From contig CAZUNO010000005.1 in the NCBI GenBank assembly GCA_964621445.1, positions 57,338-121,337 of the forward strand: a DNA stretch of 64,000 nucleotides, written 5' to 3'. This document shows positions 39,208 through 48,342 of the stretch, one piece after another. The stretch's first letter is position 1. The number at the start of each line of letters is the position of its first letter. Below the pieces are notes generated by a model that was given only the letters and a program-made list of their open reading frames with translations, did not search any database and was not told where the DNA came from. The position numbers and the translations under genes were made by a program. The stretch is from Candidatus Hadarchaeota archaeon. GTDB lineage: Archaea > CAYQAE01 > CAYVLA01.

Positions 39208-40274
39208 TGATCGACCTGGTATTCCAGATCATAAGTTTGTCAGTAGTGATCTTCTATACTGCCATCCTCCTCCTTTCAAGGGAGGGCGGGGGGGAAAGGG
39301 AAGCTGTAAGGGAGGAGGTTAAGGTGTTGGTTCCAACCCACAATGAGGTGGATACCATAGAGGACTGTCTGAGGTCCCTGCTGTCCATGAAAACCAGGAT
39401 ACCGCATTCAATATATGTCCTCGATGATAACTCAACCGACGGGACCCTGGACATAGTATCCGGTTACACCCCCCGGGTATCACTCGTCCGCAGAGATGTT
39501 CGAAAATCCAAGGCAGATGCCCTGAATGAGGCCGTCAGTAACCTGGATGGAGAGCTATTTGCGGTGGTGGATGCCGATTGCACCGTGGCTGAGGACTGGC
39601 TCCCCAATATGGTTCTGGGGTTCGGGGATCCCTCCCTGGGGATCCGGACCGGACCGGTCCTGGTCGGGAATAGGTCCGACTCCCCACTGACCCGTATCCA
39701 GAGCTGCGAAATGGCATTCCTCTGCCACCAGCTCCTAAAGCCGGTGGAAAAGGTGGGGATGCTGTATTCAATTAACGGAAATAATTTCGCCTTTACTAGA
39801 ACCTGCTGGGAGAAGGTTGGGGGTTTCGACACCTCAAAACTGACCGAGGATACCGATTTCGCGGTCCGCACCCGTCTTGCCGGTATGGATATAGAGGTAG
39901 CCAACGCCAAGGTGTTCACAAATGCCCCTAGCCGTCTGGGGAACCTGCTCAGGCAGAGGAGACGATGGTACATAGGATGGTACCAGGACCTGTCCACCAT
40001 TAGCCTACTGGGAGGTGCCCTGTTCATACTGCTTTTCTACTACGCGTTCATATTCTTCCTGGTAGCCTCTTCGCCTCTCTCCCTAACCTGCTTCCTGGCT
40101 TATTACCTTCAGCTGGCATTCACCTATAGAAGGTCCTACCGGTCGACCAGCCTGGTCAATCCTCTCCTCTTTATCGTATCTGCCCCCATAATCACCACCA
40201 CAACCATACTTATGGCCCTTCCCAGCGTGATTAGGGGCAAAGGCCAGATAGATCTAAAGGATCACTGGCAATAG
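39204..40274 (+). CDS. GT2 glycosyltransferase, cellulose-synthase-like (D,D,D,QxxRW)
   Basis: P.HNE, DDNSTD, K..ALN, DAD, TED, QRRRW and C-terminal TM helices. Confidence 0.9.
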   Translation: MMIDLVFQIISLSVVIFYTAILLLSREGGGEREAVREEVKVLVPTHNEVDTIEDCLRSLLSMKTRIPHSIYVLDDNSTDGTLDIVSGYTPRVSLVRRDVRKSKADALNEAVSNLDGELFAVVDADCTVAEDWLPNMVLGFGDPSLGIRTGPVLVGNRSDSPLTRIQSCEMAFLCHQLLKPVEKVGMLYSINGNNFAFTRTCWEKVGGFDTSKLTEDTDFAVRTRLAGMDIEVANAKVFTNAPSRLGNLLRQRRRWYIGWYQDLSTISLLGGALFILLFYYAFIFFLVASSPLSLTCFLAYYLQLAFTYRRSYRSTSLVNPLLFIVSAPIITTTTILMALPSVIRGKGQIDLKDHWQ

Positions 40275-40413
40275 ACCCCCTGCCTTATTGAAATCCCCTG
40301 TCAAATTAAAGGCTCATCGGCGTTACATATTTAATTCATTTCACAAGTAATAATATACAGTATAGAGGCCTTAATCCCCCCTCTATTTCCCCTCCGCGAA
40401 GAGGTCGATTACC

Positions 40414-40968
40414 ATGGAATACGTAAAGATCCCCCTAGATAGGGTAGCGGTTTTGATCGGTAAGGACGGTTCTATAAAGAGGGAACTAGAAAAATCCACC
40501 GGCACGGAGATTGACCTGGACAGTAAATCCGGGAAGGCGGTGGTGACCAAGGTGGAGGAGACGGAGGACCCCCTGGCATCCTGGGTCGCACGGGACATAA
40601 TAAAGGCCATAGGCCGCGGTTTCTCTCCGGAAAAGGCCTGGCGTCTCTTACGGGAGAACCAGATGCTCAGGGTGATCAACCTCAGGTCCAGGATTGGAAA
40701 ATCTCCCAAGGCCCTTCATAGACACAAGTCCAGACTTATAGGTAGGAATGGAAGGACCAGGGAGATAATGGAAAACACGACCCGGACCGACATCTGCGTG
40801 AAGGGAAAGACGGTGGCGGTGATAGGTGACGAGGTCCAGGTTTCCTACGCTCAGGAGGCGATATCAATGATCCTCAGGGGCGTGCCCCACAAATTCGTAT
40901 ACAGATTCCTGGAAAGGAAGAGCCGGGAGCTAAAGGACAGGGAAACCGAGATCTGGCGCGAAGCATAA
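40414..40968 (+). CDS. KH-domain pre-rRNA processing protein Dim2/Pno1
   Basis: RVAVLIGKDG, KAIGRGFSPE.A, R.IGRNG.T, G.PH..VY. Confidence 0.93.
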   Translation: MEYVKIPLDRVAVLIGKDGSIKRELEKSTGTEIDLDSKSGKAVVTKVEETEDPLASWVARDIIKAIGRGFSPEKAWRLLRENQMLRVINLRSRIGKSPKALHRHKSRLIGRNGRTREIMENTTRTDICVKGKTVAVIGDEVQVSYAQEAISMILRGVPHKFVYRFLERKSRELKDRETEIWREA

Positions 40969-40983
40969 CCAGGTTGATAGTAA

Positions 40984-42711
40984 ATGGCATTAACGAAGGC
41001 AGAACAGGAGCAGTTGAGTGATCAATTCACCCATGCAGATGAGATATTCAAGGATTTTAAGTCCCTCAGCTTATCCGAATTCTTCCGAAAGAATCCGGCC
41101 ATGCTGGGACTGACCGGAAAGATCAAGTCGTTCTCCATGATAGTGCACGAGGGTGTGACAAATTCCCTCGACGCCGCTGAAGAGGCCGGGGTTCTACCGG
41201 ACATCTACGTCTACATCGACCAGATGGATGAGGATTATCACTATAAGCTGACCATAGAGGACAATGGCTCGGGGATACCGGAGGACTTCATAACCGACGT
41301 GTTCGGCAAGATGCTGGCCGGAACAAAGCACAAGTTTGTGCAAAGGAGGGGTCAGCAGGGCATAGGCATTTCCGGGGCAACCATGTTCGCCCAGATGACC
41401 AGCGGGAAGCCCATACATATCTACACCAGCACCGGCGATGAGATAATCAGCGGTGACCTCAAGATAGACGTGAAGAAAAACAAGGGCCAGCTTTTCGATA
41501 AGGAGAAATACGAGAATGACGAATTCAGGGGGACCAGGATAGAGTTCAACCTCAAGAACGTGCTCTTCAACAAGGGGAAACAGGCCCCCCTAGGGTACCT
41601 GAAGATGTCGGCGATTGCAAATCCCCATGCCAATATCACCTTCATTTCCCCCGACGGCGAGGTATATCGATGGCAGAGGAGCTCGGAAAAGCTACCAACA
41701 AAGCCCAAGGAGATAAGGCCCCATCCCTATGGAATAGGTGCTGACGATCTTCTGAACCTGGCCAAGGGGGCCGAAAACCGTACCATCTCGGGGATGCTTT
41801 CCGACTGCCTGTGCAGGGTTTCATCATCGAGGTTAAAGCGTATTCAGAAGGCACTGGCCTTTGCGGCACTATTGAAGAGATACGACAATTACGTAACCCA
41901 GAACCTCAGATCCAAGATAACTGAAGCCAAGAACCTCAAGGCCAGGATCAAGATAGTGGGAAAGATTCTCTCGCGAAACAGCCTAAAATGGAAAAAGGCG
42001 CTGAAAAGCGAGGAGAAAAAGGCCGGTAAACTGCTGGGAAAAAGGCCATCATCCCTGAGATTCGAGGAGGCCGAGGAAATCGTCAACGCCTTCCGCTATG
42101 TGAAGTTCATGTCACCTCCCACCTCTGGCCTCTCCCCCATAGGGAAGGAGAACATAATGAAGGGCATGAACCAGATTCTAAGGCCCGAATTCGTATATGC
42201 CACCACCCGGAAGCCAACCACCTACCGCGGGGGCATACCTTTCATAGTTGAGGTGGGAATGGCCTACGGCGGGTACTGTCCCCCCGGCATCGACGTCTAC
42301 CGTTTCGCTAACCGCGCGCCTCTGATGTTCGACGCCGGTGGATGCGTGATAACCGAGGCCGCCAAGAGCATTGACTGGAAACGCTACGGGGTAAAGGACG
42401 ATGAGAAGGCCCCGCTGGCCATCTTCGTCAACATCGTTTCCACCTTCGTTCCATACACCTCCACAGGAAAGCAGGCCGTGGCCAGAGAGGCAGAGGTGCT
42501 AGATGAGATTCGCATGGGCATAATGAGCGTGGCCCGGAACCTGAAGAGACACCTCACCCACAAGAGGAGGATCTTTGAACGGGCATCTCGCAGAAGCTCA
42601 CTGCTAAGGTACATTGACGAGACCTCAGAGGCCATAGCCAGGCTATCCGAAGAGGACCAATCGGAGATTAAGGAGAATCTGCAGAAACTGGTCGACGATA
42701 AATTCACCTAG
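40984..42711 (+). CDS. top6B: DNA topoisomerase VI subunit B
   Basis: SEFFRKN, HE.VTNSLDA, EDNGSGI, RGQQGIG GHKL motifs; PHP.G, RFANR.PL, transducer STGKQ. Confidence 0.95.
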   Translation: MALTKAEQEQLSDQFTHADEIFKDFKSLSLSEFFRKNPAMLGLTGKIKSFSMIVHEGVTNSLDAAEEAGVLPDIYVYIDQMDEDYHYKLTIEDNGSGIPEDFITDVFGKMLAGTKHKFVQRRGQQGIGISGATMFAQMTSGKPIHIYTSTGDEIISGDLKIDVKKNKGQLFDKEKYENDEFRGTRIEFNLKNVLFNKGKQAPLGYLKMSAIANPHANITFISPDGEVYRWQRSSEKLPTKPKEIRPHPYGIGADDLLNLAKGAENRTISGMLSDCLCRVSSSRLKRIQKALAFAALLKRYDNYVTQNLRSKITEAKNLKARIKIVGKILSRNSLKWKKALKSEEKKAGKLLGKRPSSLRFEEAEEIVNAFRYVKFMSPPTSGLSPIGKENIMKGMNQILRPEFVYATTRKPTTYRGGIPFIVEVGMAYGGYCPPGIDVYRFANRAPLMFDAGGCVITEAAKSIDWKRYGVKDDEKAPLAIFVNIVSTFVPYTSTGKQAVAREAEVLDEIRMGIMSVARNLKRHLTHKRRIFERASRRSSLLRYIDETSEAIARLSEEDQSEIKENLQKLVDDKFT

Positions 42712-44561
42712 CCCCTGAAAACGGGTCTCCTGGAGAGGAGCCTGGGGAGGGGCAGCGATCTTTTTGGAAAACCCTCCACCTCAGCGGATATCCTTGACAC
42801 CAATTTCTCCAGGGACATATCCTCGATCTCCCCGGAGTTTCTAACCCTAACCGGCAACAAGCCGGAACTCCGCTCATCGTCGCCAACCACCACTATGTAG
42901 GGTACCCATTCCCGCTCGGCGTCCCTCACCTTTCTGCCCACGGACTGAGATCTGTCGTCGATGTCCACCCTGATCTTACTGGACTCCACCCGTTCCGCAA
43001 GCTTTTCCGCGAAACCAAGGTGGTCATCACTTACCGGACATATCCTAAGCTGGGTGGGAGAGAGCCAGAGAGGGAGGGATGCCGTCCTTCCATTCTTCTG
43101 GTCGAGATGTGCCTTTTCCAGAAGGGCGTAGACGGTCCTGTCTATCCCACCGCTTATGCTGGCATGCAACATAAGGGGAAATCTTTCCTCGCCCTCGCTA
43201 TCCACGTACTTAATGTCGAATCTCTTGGTGTTCTCGGTATCTATCTGGACCGTGGATAGGGCGGAGGCCTTGTCCAGGGCATCGATAAAGTTAAACTCGA
43301 ACTTCATTACGAAATAGAAACTCCTCTCGTCCCACATCTCTATGAGCACCGGCTTGTCCACCATACTGGCCAGCTTATTAGGCAGATCCCGATTTTCATC
43401 GAAGAAGTCGCGAACGAACCTTATTCCCACCTGATAATCTATGCCCAGGTCCCTCATCCAGCCCATGCACAGCTGGTACTGTTTCACGAACTCCTCTATG
43501 GCCTGATCCATATCCTGGGCCAGGGTATGCATATCAGGCATGGTAAAAGCCCTGAGCCTTCTAAGACCCACGACCTCCCCCCGCTGCTCCCGCCTGAAGC
43601 TGTAATGTGTTAGCTCATATAATCTAAGGGGCAGATTTCTATAGGAGATGGACATGTCGTGCTTCATCAAATACTGGCCGAAGCAGGCCGCAAACCTAAG
43701 GAAAAGATTCCTTCGGTCGGACTCGAGGGTGTACTGCCTGGCCGGGAACCGGTCTATATAGGCCTTAAGATTGGGGTGGGACCTATCGTACATTATGGGT
43801 GTTTCAACCTCCATGCCCCCATTTGCGCGGGCTATGTCGGTGACGTGCTCCTCAAGGAGCCTCTTTACCAGGGCGCCTTTTGGATACCACCTCAAATTGC
43901 CAATATCGCTCCCTGGTTCGTAATCGGCCAATTCAAGCCTCTGCATGAGCTTAACGTGGGGGGGAACCTTATCAACGGCCCTGGCCTTGGTCCTTTCGTA
44001 CTGAAGAAACTTCTGCAGGTCGGGATATTCCTCGAAATCGAAGTTACCGGGTTCCACGAGATCGCCCTCGGGGGTCAGTATGTACCACGAGGACTCTATC
44101 TTTTCCTCCCTTTCAAGGGCCTGTGAATCGCGCTGGCCGCCCTCCAACTTGATATCTCGGCTCAGCTCGGAAAGCGGATGTCCCTTGCAGCTTATTTCGA
44201 AGGCCTTATAATAACCAAATGGGGCCCTCCTCACCTCAAGACCGGAGTCAAGCTCCGATTCCAGGCCCCTCAAAACCTCCACCGCGGTTTCAGGAGAGGA
44301 TAGTTGCGATGAAAGATGTGCATAGGGGTAAATCAGGACTTTCTCGACCCCGACCTGCCCCGCCACGTCCTGTATCTCCCCGGCCGCTCTTTGAACCACC
44401 TGCTGGGGATCATCCTCATCCGGAGATTCAACAGCGGTGAAAACCACGAGGACTTCATCCATCTTATCGCCGGTGAAATCTTCCGGCAGATCCTCGGCGT
44501 GTCTCGTCTTCTTCTTAATGTCGTATTGCATGGAGTCGGCATGGATGAGAAGCATTCTCAT
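42708..44561 (-). CDS. thrS: Threonine--tRNA ligase (archaeal type with N-terminal editing domain)
   Basis: MRMLLIH, YPYAHLS, PFGYYK.F...CKGHPLSE, RFAACFG, RAFTMPDMH. Confidence 0.97.
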   Translation of the reverse strand: MRMLLIHADSMQYDIKKKTRHAEDLPEDFTGDKMDEVLVVFTAVESPDEDDPQQVVQRAAGEIQDVAGQVGVEKVLIYPYAHLSSQLSSPETAVEVLRGLESELDSGLEVRRAPFGYYKAFEISCKGHPLSELSRDIKLEGGQRDSQALEREEKIESSWYILTPEGDLVEPGNFDFEEYPDLQKFLQYERTKARAVDKVPPHVKLMQRLELADYEPGSDIGNLRWYPKGALVKRLLEEHVTDIARANGGMEVETPIMYDRSHPNLKAYIDRFPARQYTLESDRRNLFLRFAACFGQYLMKHDMSISYRNLPLRLYELTHYSFRREQRGEVVGLRRLRAFTMPDMHTLAQDMDQAIEEFVKQYQLCMGWMRDLGIDYQVGIRFVRDFFDENRDLPNKLASMVDKPVLIEMWDERSFYFVMKFEFNFIDALDKASALSTVQIDTENTKRFDIKYVDSEGEERFPLMLHASISGGIDRTVYALLEKAHLDQKNGRTASLPLWLSPTQLRICPVSDDHLGFAEKLAERVESSKIRVDIDDRSQSVGRKVRDAEREWVPYIVVVGDDERSSGLLPVRVRNSGEIEDMSLEKLVSRISAEVEGFPKRSLPLPRLLSRRPVFRG

Positions 44562-44615
44562 GGTCGGCCACTACCATGCAACGACCTGAATAAGAGCTAA
44601 TAAATGGTGCCGGAG

Positions 44616-47600
44616 CTAAATGAAGTCCCCAAGGCTCATCTGAGGGGCTTCCCGGGTCTCAATCGAATTGAAATTGGCCCTTATCATTGAAACCTGCAGA
44701 TTTGATTCCCCTCGGTCCATCTCCAGCGGCGAGGTTTCAACCAGATCCAATAGGGACGCAACATCGACCTCGATGGAACAGGGCACTACCTGACCCGAGC
44801 AGTCGCAGGTACCGCTGAGGGGAATTCTCCTATAGGTTTTCCCACACTTACCACACACGAACTCCCTGGTGCCTCCCCTCATGGCCGCAGTTTTGGCCAG
44901 CTCCGTTACCTCCAGGACCACGCTCCTGCAGATCTCCACCTCCAGATCCTGCCCGCAGTCCGGACAGCTGAAGTCCCTAAGATCCATGATGGTAAATGAT
45001 CGACCACAGCTCCCGCATACGTACTCCTCTAGTTCGTGCCCTAGAACGGGGTAGCTCTTGAGTTTCGGTTTTGGCTTTGGTTTGGGTTTTGGCTCCTTCT
45101 TGGACTTCCCTCCTCCTAGGGCATCCAGCAGGGTAAGCTGGGAGGAATCGGCGACTAGCTCATCGATGTCAAGCTCGAGAGCATCGAATATTCTACGAAC
45201 CGGGGGAAGTATCTGTCGCCTTATGTAATACTCGTGATCCAGGTTTATATCATGCTCTCGTACGTAGGTCGGGTCCTCTGACCTCTCAACCAGCAGGCCA
45301 TTCCCATGGGTTATCACAAAGGGAACTCTACTGCCCACCTCGGGAGCACTGGCTGGATCCCTTCTTCTCATCCTCTCACAGAGCTCCGCATGAGGCTGTC
45401 TTCCCTTGTATTCGCTGGGGCTCTTGCTCAGGGTTCTGGTTTGGATAAGCTTTTCCAGGGGTATTCTGTCCTCCCTGAGATCCTCGATAAGAGATTTCAT
45501 GTACTTCGATGCTTCCTCAATTTCACCCTTTCTGAGCAGGAGGTCAAGGACCTTCTTCATGGCCTCGGTGGCCTGGTTGCACCACTCTCTTCGAACCGTT
45601 TCCAGGCCCTTGACCTTCATGGGCGGTTCCTTGCCCTCCATGAACAGGGCGTACCTCTTCTTGGTAACGAATAATGCCCTCTGTGAAAAGGCCTCGTATT
45701 GCAGCTCCATGGGCTCAGGTAACGAGTCGCTGAGGATCTCCCCCATACGAGCTCCAAGGGAGGCCGCATCCTCTACAGGAATCCCTTTCCTATCAGTACC
45801 GACCGGGTTCATCTTAACGAAAACGCTGTCGGTGTCCCCGTAAACAACCTCCAGCTCCACCTCGGTCAGGCCCTCCCTATCCTCCACCTCATCTTCCAGG
45901 AAGGCCTTTCCATTTCCCAGGTATGCTCTCATCAATTCGGACTCGATGATCCTCTTAGTCTCGGTAATGGTCTCCCTACCGGTTCTGGTAACGGTGTTTG
46001 CTATGGTCAGCTCGTACATGCGAGACCGAATGTATCCAAAATAACCGTAGAAGCTGTTGAGGAGTATCTTTACAGCCAGCTGTGTCATGTCCAGGATCCT
46101 GTACTGGTCCCCCTTTTCGACCTTCTTGAGCTCCCCCTTTAGGAGGAGTCTCTTTTCCAGGAGCTCCTCCAGGATCCTGGGCACGATACCCTTGTACTTG
46201 TCCTTACTTACGAACTTCCCCTTATCCAAGGTCGAGAAGCAAATATTATTTGCGATCATGATCGTTGGATACAGGGATTTGTAATCCATCACGATTACGT
46301 TCTCCTGGAGGCCGCTCCTGGGCTCCAGAACATGACCTCCCTTCAGCCCCTCTTCCTTTCTAACCCGACGCCTCTTGGCGGTCTCCTCATCATCGGGCTT
46401 ACAGGGCATGACCCTCTCGTAACGACCAAGCTCTCTCAGGAGTAGATTATCAATCATGATGGACTGACCAGCCTCCACCAGGTCCTGCAAAAGGGTTCCG
46501 CTCACCTGGGCCAAGGCCACATGCTTGTCAAGAAGTCCCTTGGATAGGAGTATATCCAGGGGCAATATCGCGTCCTTTCTGGAATATCTAACCAGCTTTT
46601 CAAGCCCTTTGCCCTGGCTCTTCCAAAGGGTCGGTATCTCGGTATGGTGGACATCGACCTTGTCCTGACCCAGAATCTCCTTTGAAACCGCTCCCAGCCC
46701 GTAGCGCTTGAATGCGAAATCGCTCCTGACCAGGGGGAGAACATCCACAACCACCCGTCCGGTTATGCTGATGCTGGTCCTGTTCCCGAAACTACGATAA
46801 TAGCTATTCTTATCCGCCCTTCCCATCTTGGGTTTCACGCCCAGCTGCCTCATGCGGTCGATTATATAGGGAAAGTCGAACTGATTGGAGTTGTAGCCCA
46901 GGAGAACATCGGGGTCAAATCTCCTGAGTATATCAAGGAACCTCCCCAACATTTCCTCCTCGTTTTCAAAACCCTGAGCGCCGTCAATTGATACCGGGCG
47001 GCTGACCAGCACTAGATCCTCTCTGCCCTCAAAAGAGGGGTTGAAGGCCAGGCTGATCATGATGATGGGGTCCATCTCGGGCTTTGGCATCCCATCGCCG
47101 CTCTCGGCCAGGCACTCTATATCCAGGCAGAGGTACCTTAGGTCCGGGTGCTCCTCTATATCGCTGGAACCAAGGTTATTTGATATGGTCTCCAACTTGA
47201 TTTTGGTGTTGACCGTCTTAGTTCTAGTGGGGCGGTAGTTCTCAACCCGTATCCAGCTATTGGGCTTGAGGCCGGTGTCTATTAGAAACCTATTCTTGAA
47301 CAGGATGTCGGCCTCGTATATGGTTCCGTACTCCTTTACGGACTCCCTGAGATCCCTCACATTCTTGGGCTCCTGGGCCACGATGAGAAGCATCTGCTTC
47401 TTCTGCTTCTGGTATCCGAAAGGAGTGTACCTCTCCACGATCCTAACATCATTTATCTTCTTGAATCTCTGCTTGAGCTCCTCGCTCAGGGCCCCCAGCG
47501 AATCCCGGGAGTCCAGGCCGGGGTTTAAATAGAAATAGGGCTTGAAACCCCTGACGAAGACCGTGGTGCTCCGGTCGCTTTCATCCTTGCAGAATAGACG

Positions 47601-47672
47601 AATCACCGGGTCTCCGCTGCTTTCATATGAATAATCGGCCCCAAGCAGATAAAGGGGAATGGCATTAGTCAT
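44616..47672 (-). CDS. polB: Family B DNA polymerase with unusual C-terminal double Cys4/PolD-like extension
   Basis: ExoI DIE, ExoII YN..FDFPY, ExoIII Y...DA, PolA DYKSLYPT, PolB K...NSFYG, PolC YGDTDS, KKRY, KGLETVRR; followed by ~170 extra aa. Confidence 0.95.
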   Translation of the reverse strand: MTNAIPLYLLGADYSYESSGDPVIRLFCKDESDRSTTVFVRGFKPYFYLNPGLDSRDSLGALSEELKQRFKKINDVRIVERYTPFGYQKQKKQMLLIVAQEPKNVRDLRESVKEYGTIYEADILFKNRFLIDTGLKPNSWIRVENYRPTRTKTVNTKIKLETISNNLGSSDIEEHPDLRYLCLDIECLAESGDGMPKPEMDPIIMISLAFNPSFEGREDLVLVSRPVSIDGAQGFENEEEMLGRFLDILRRFDPDVLLGYNSNQFDFPYIIDRMRQLGVKPKMGRADKNSYYRSFGNRTSISITGRVVVDVLPLVRSDFAFKRYGLGAVSKEILGQDKVDVHHTEIPTLWKSQGKGLEKLVRYSRKDAILPLDILLSKGLLDKHVALAQVSGTLLQDLVEAGQSIMIDNLLLRELGRYERVMPCKPDDEETAKRRRVRKEEGLKGGHVLEPRSGLQENVIVMDYKSLYPTIMIANNICFSTLDKGKFVSKDKYKGIVPRILEELLEKRLLLKGELKKVEKGDQYRILDMTQLAVKILLNSFYGYFGYIRSRMYELTIANTVTRTGRETITETKRIIESELMRAYLGNGKAFLEDEVEDREGLTEVELEVVYGDTDSVFVKMNPVGTDRKGIPVEDAASLGARMGEILSDSLPEPMELQYEAFSQRALFVTKKRYALFMEGKEPPMKVKGLETVRREWCNQATEAMKKVLDLLLRKGEIEEASKYMKSLIEDLREDRIPLEKLIQTRTLSKSPSEYKGRQPHAELCERMRRRDPASAPEVGSRVPFVITHGNGLLVERSEDPTYVREHDINLDHEYYIRRQILPPVRRIFDALELDIDELVADSSQLTLLDALGGGKSKKEPKPKPKPKPKLKSYPVLGHELEEYVCGSCGRSFTIMDLRDFSCPDCGQDLEVEICRSVVLEVTELAKTAAMRGGTREFVCGKCGKTYRRIPLSGTCDCSGQVVPCSIEVDVASLLDLVETSPLEMDRGESNLQVSMIRANFNSIETREAPQMSLGDFI
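45059..45100 (-). repeat. (KP)n low-complexity linker in PolB (AARCCN hexamer repeats)
   Basis: KKEPKPKPKPKPKLK between the PolB thumb and the Cys-rich extension. Confidence 0.8.
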
Positions 47673-47739
47673 CTAGATTCCTCTAAACAAAAGGGGAATA
47701 AAGATTCTTTTACCTATAGTATGGGGCAAGGAAGAAGGG

Positions 47740-48252
47740 TCACTGTTCCTGGGGCGAGGCCTCCTCTGCCTCGACCTCCTCCTCATCCAATTCAAATTCC
47801 CCCTCTTCCCATTCCATTTCCTCTCCTCCACCACGCTTGTCCTTAACGTAGAAAAGTCCTGCAATTACGAACATGATAATCCCAACCCAAAGCATCCACC
47901 TGAGCATGATCACTTCCTCGTTCTGTGATGGCTCCTCCCCGTATCTCATAAGGTCCCTGTACCATAATTCGGTGTACAGGCCGACCACTAGAAACACGGC
48001 GGCCAGGATTACCACGGCCTTGATGAACCCGAAAGAACCCTCGGCTCCCTCCGAGACAACGTCGGTGTCTGGAAGCCCGGATATGGCCTGTTTGACATGC
48101 TCCTTCTCCACCATATCGGCTTCCGACATCTCGGCTGCCTTTTCGGAGTCCTTCTCTATCCTCCTAAGGACCTTATCGATCTCCGCCGCGTTTCCGGGGA
48201 TTTTCTCCCTCCTCGATTCCAAAAATTCCTTAGCTCCAGTACTCCATTCCAT
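47740..48252 (-). CDS. Small membrane protein: N-terminal helical domain (PCP_red-like), 2 TM helices, acidic tail
   Basis: MEWSTGAKEFL....KIP......RRIEKDSEKAA......VEKEHV..A resembles the BchB C-terminal PCP_red pattern; two hydrophobic helices. Confidence 0.6.
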   Translation of the reverse strand: MEWSTGAKEFLESRREKIPGNAAEIDKVLRRIEKDSEKAAEMSEADMVEKEHVKQAISGLPDTDVVSEGAEGSFGFIKAVVILAAVFLVVGLYTELWYRDLMRYGEEPSQNEEVIMLRWMLWVGIIMFVIAGLFYVKDKRGGGEEMEWEEGEFELDEEEVEAEEASPQEQ

Positions 48253-48342
48253 GGATGGTTCCCCGCATTCAGGTTACTTGAACAAAGCAGACTCGACCCC
48301 CAACCCATATAAATCTATTACGGGGAAATGAGTTTTTCGGAC

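Noticed and set aside
45855-45933. Insertion before PolB motif C as a possible intein
   Set aside because: Only ~26 aa with no C/S start or HN end; an ordinary loop insertion.
47676-47696. ORB-like sequence (ATTCCTCTAAACAAAAGGGG) upstream of polB
   Set aside because: Single copy, lacks the TCCAxTGGAAA core, and there is no cdc6/orc1 gene nearby; more likely promoter sequence.
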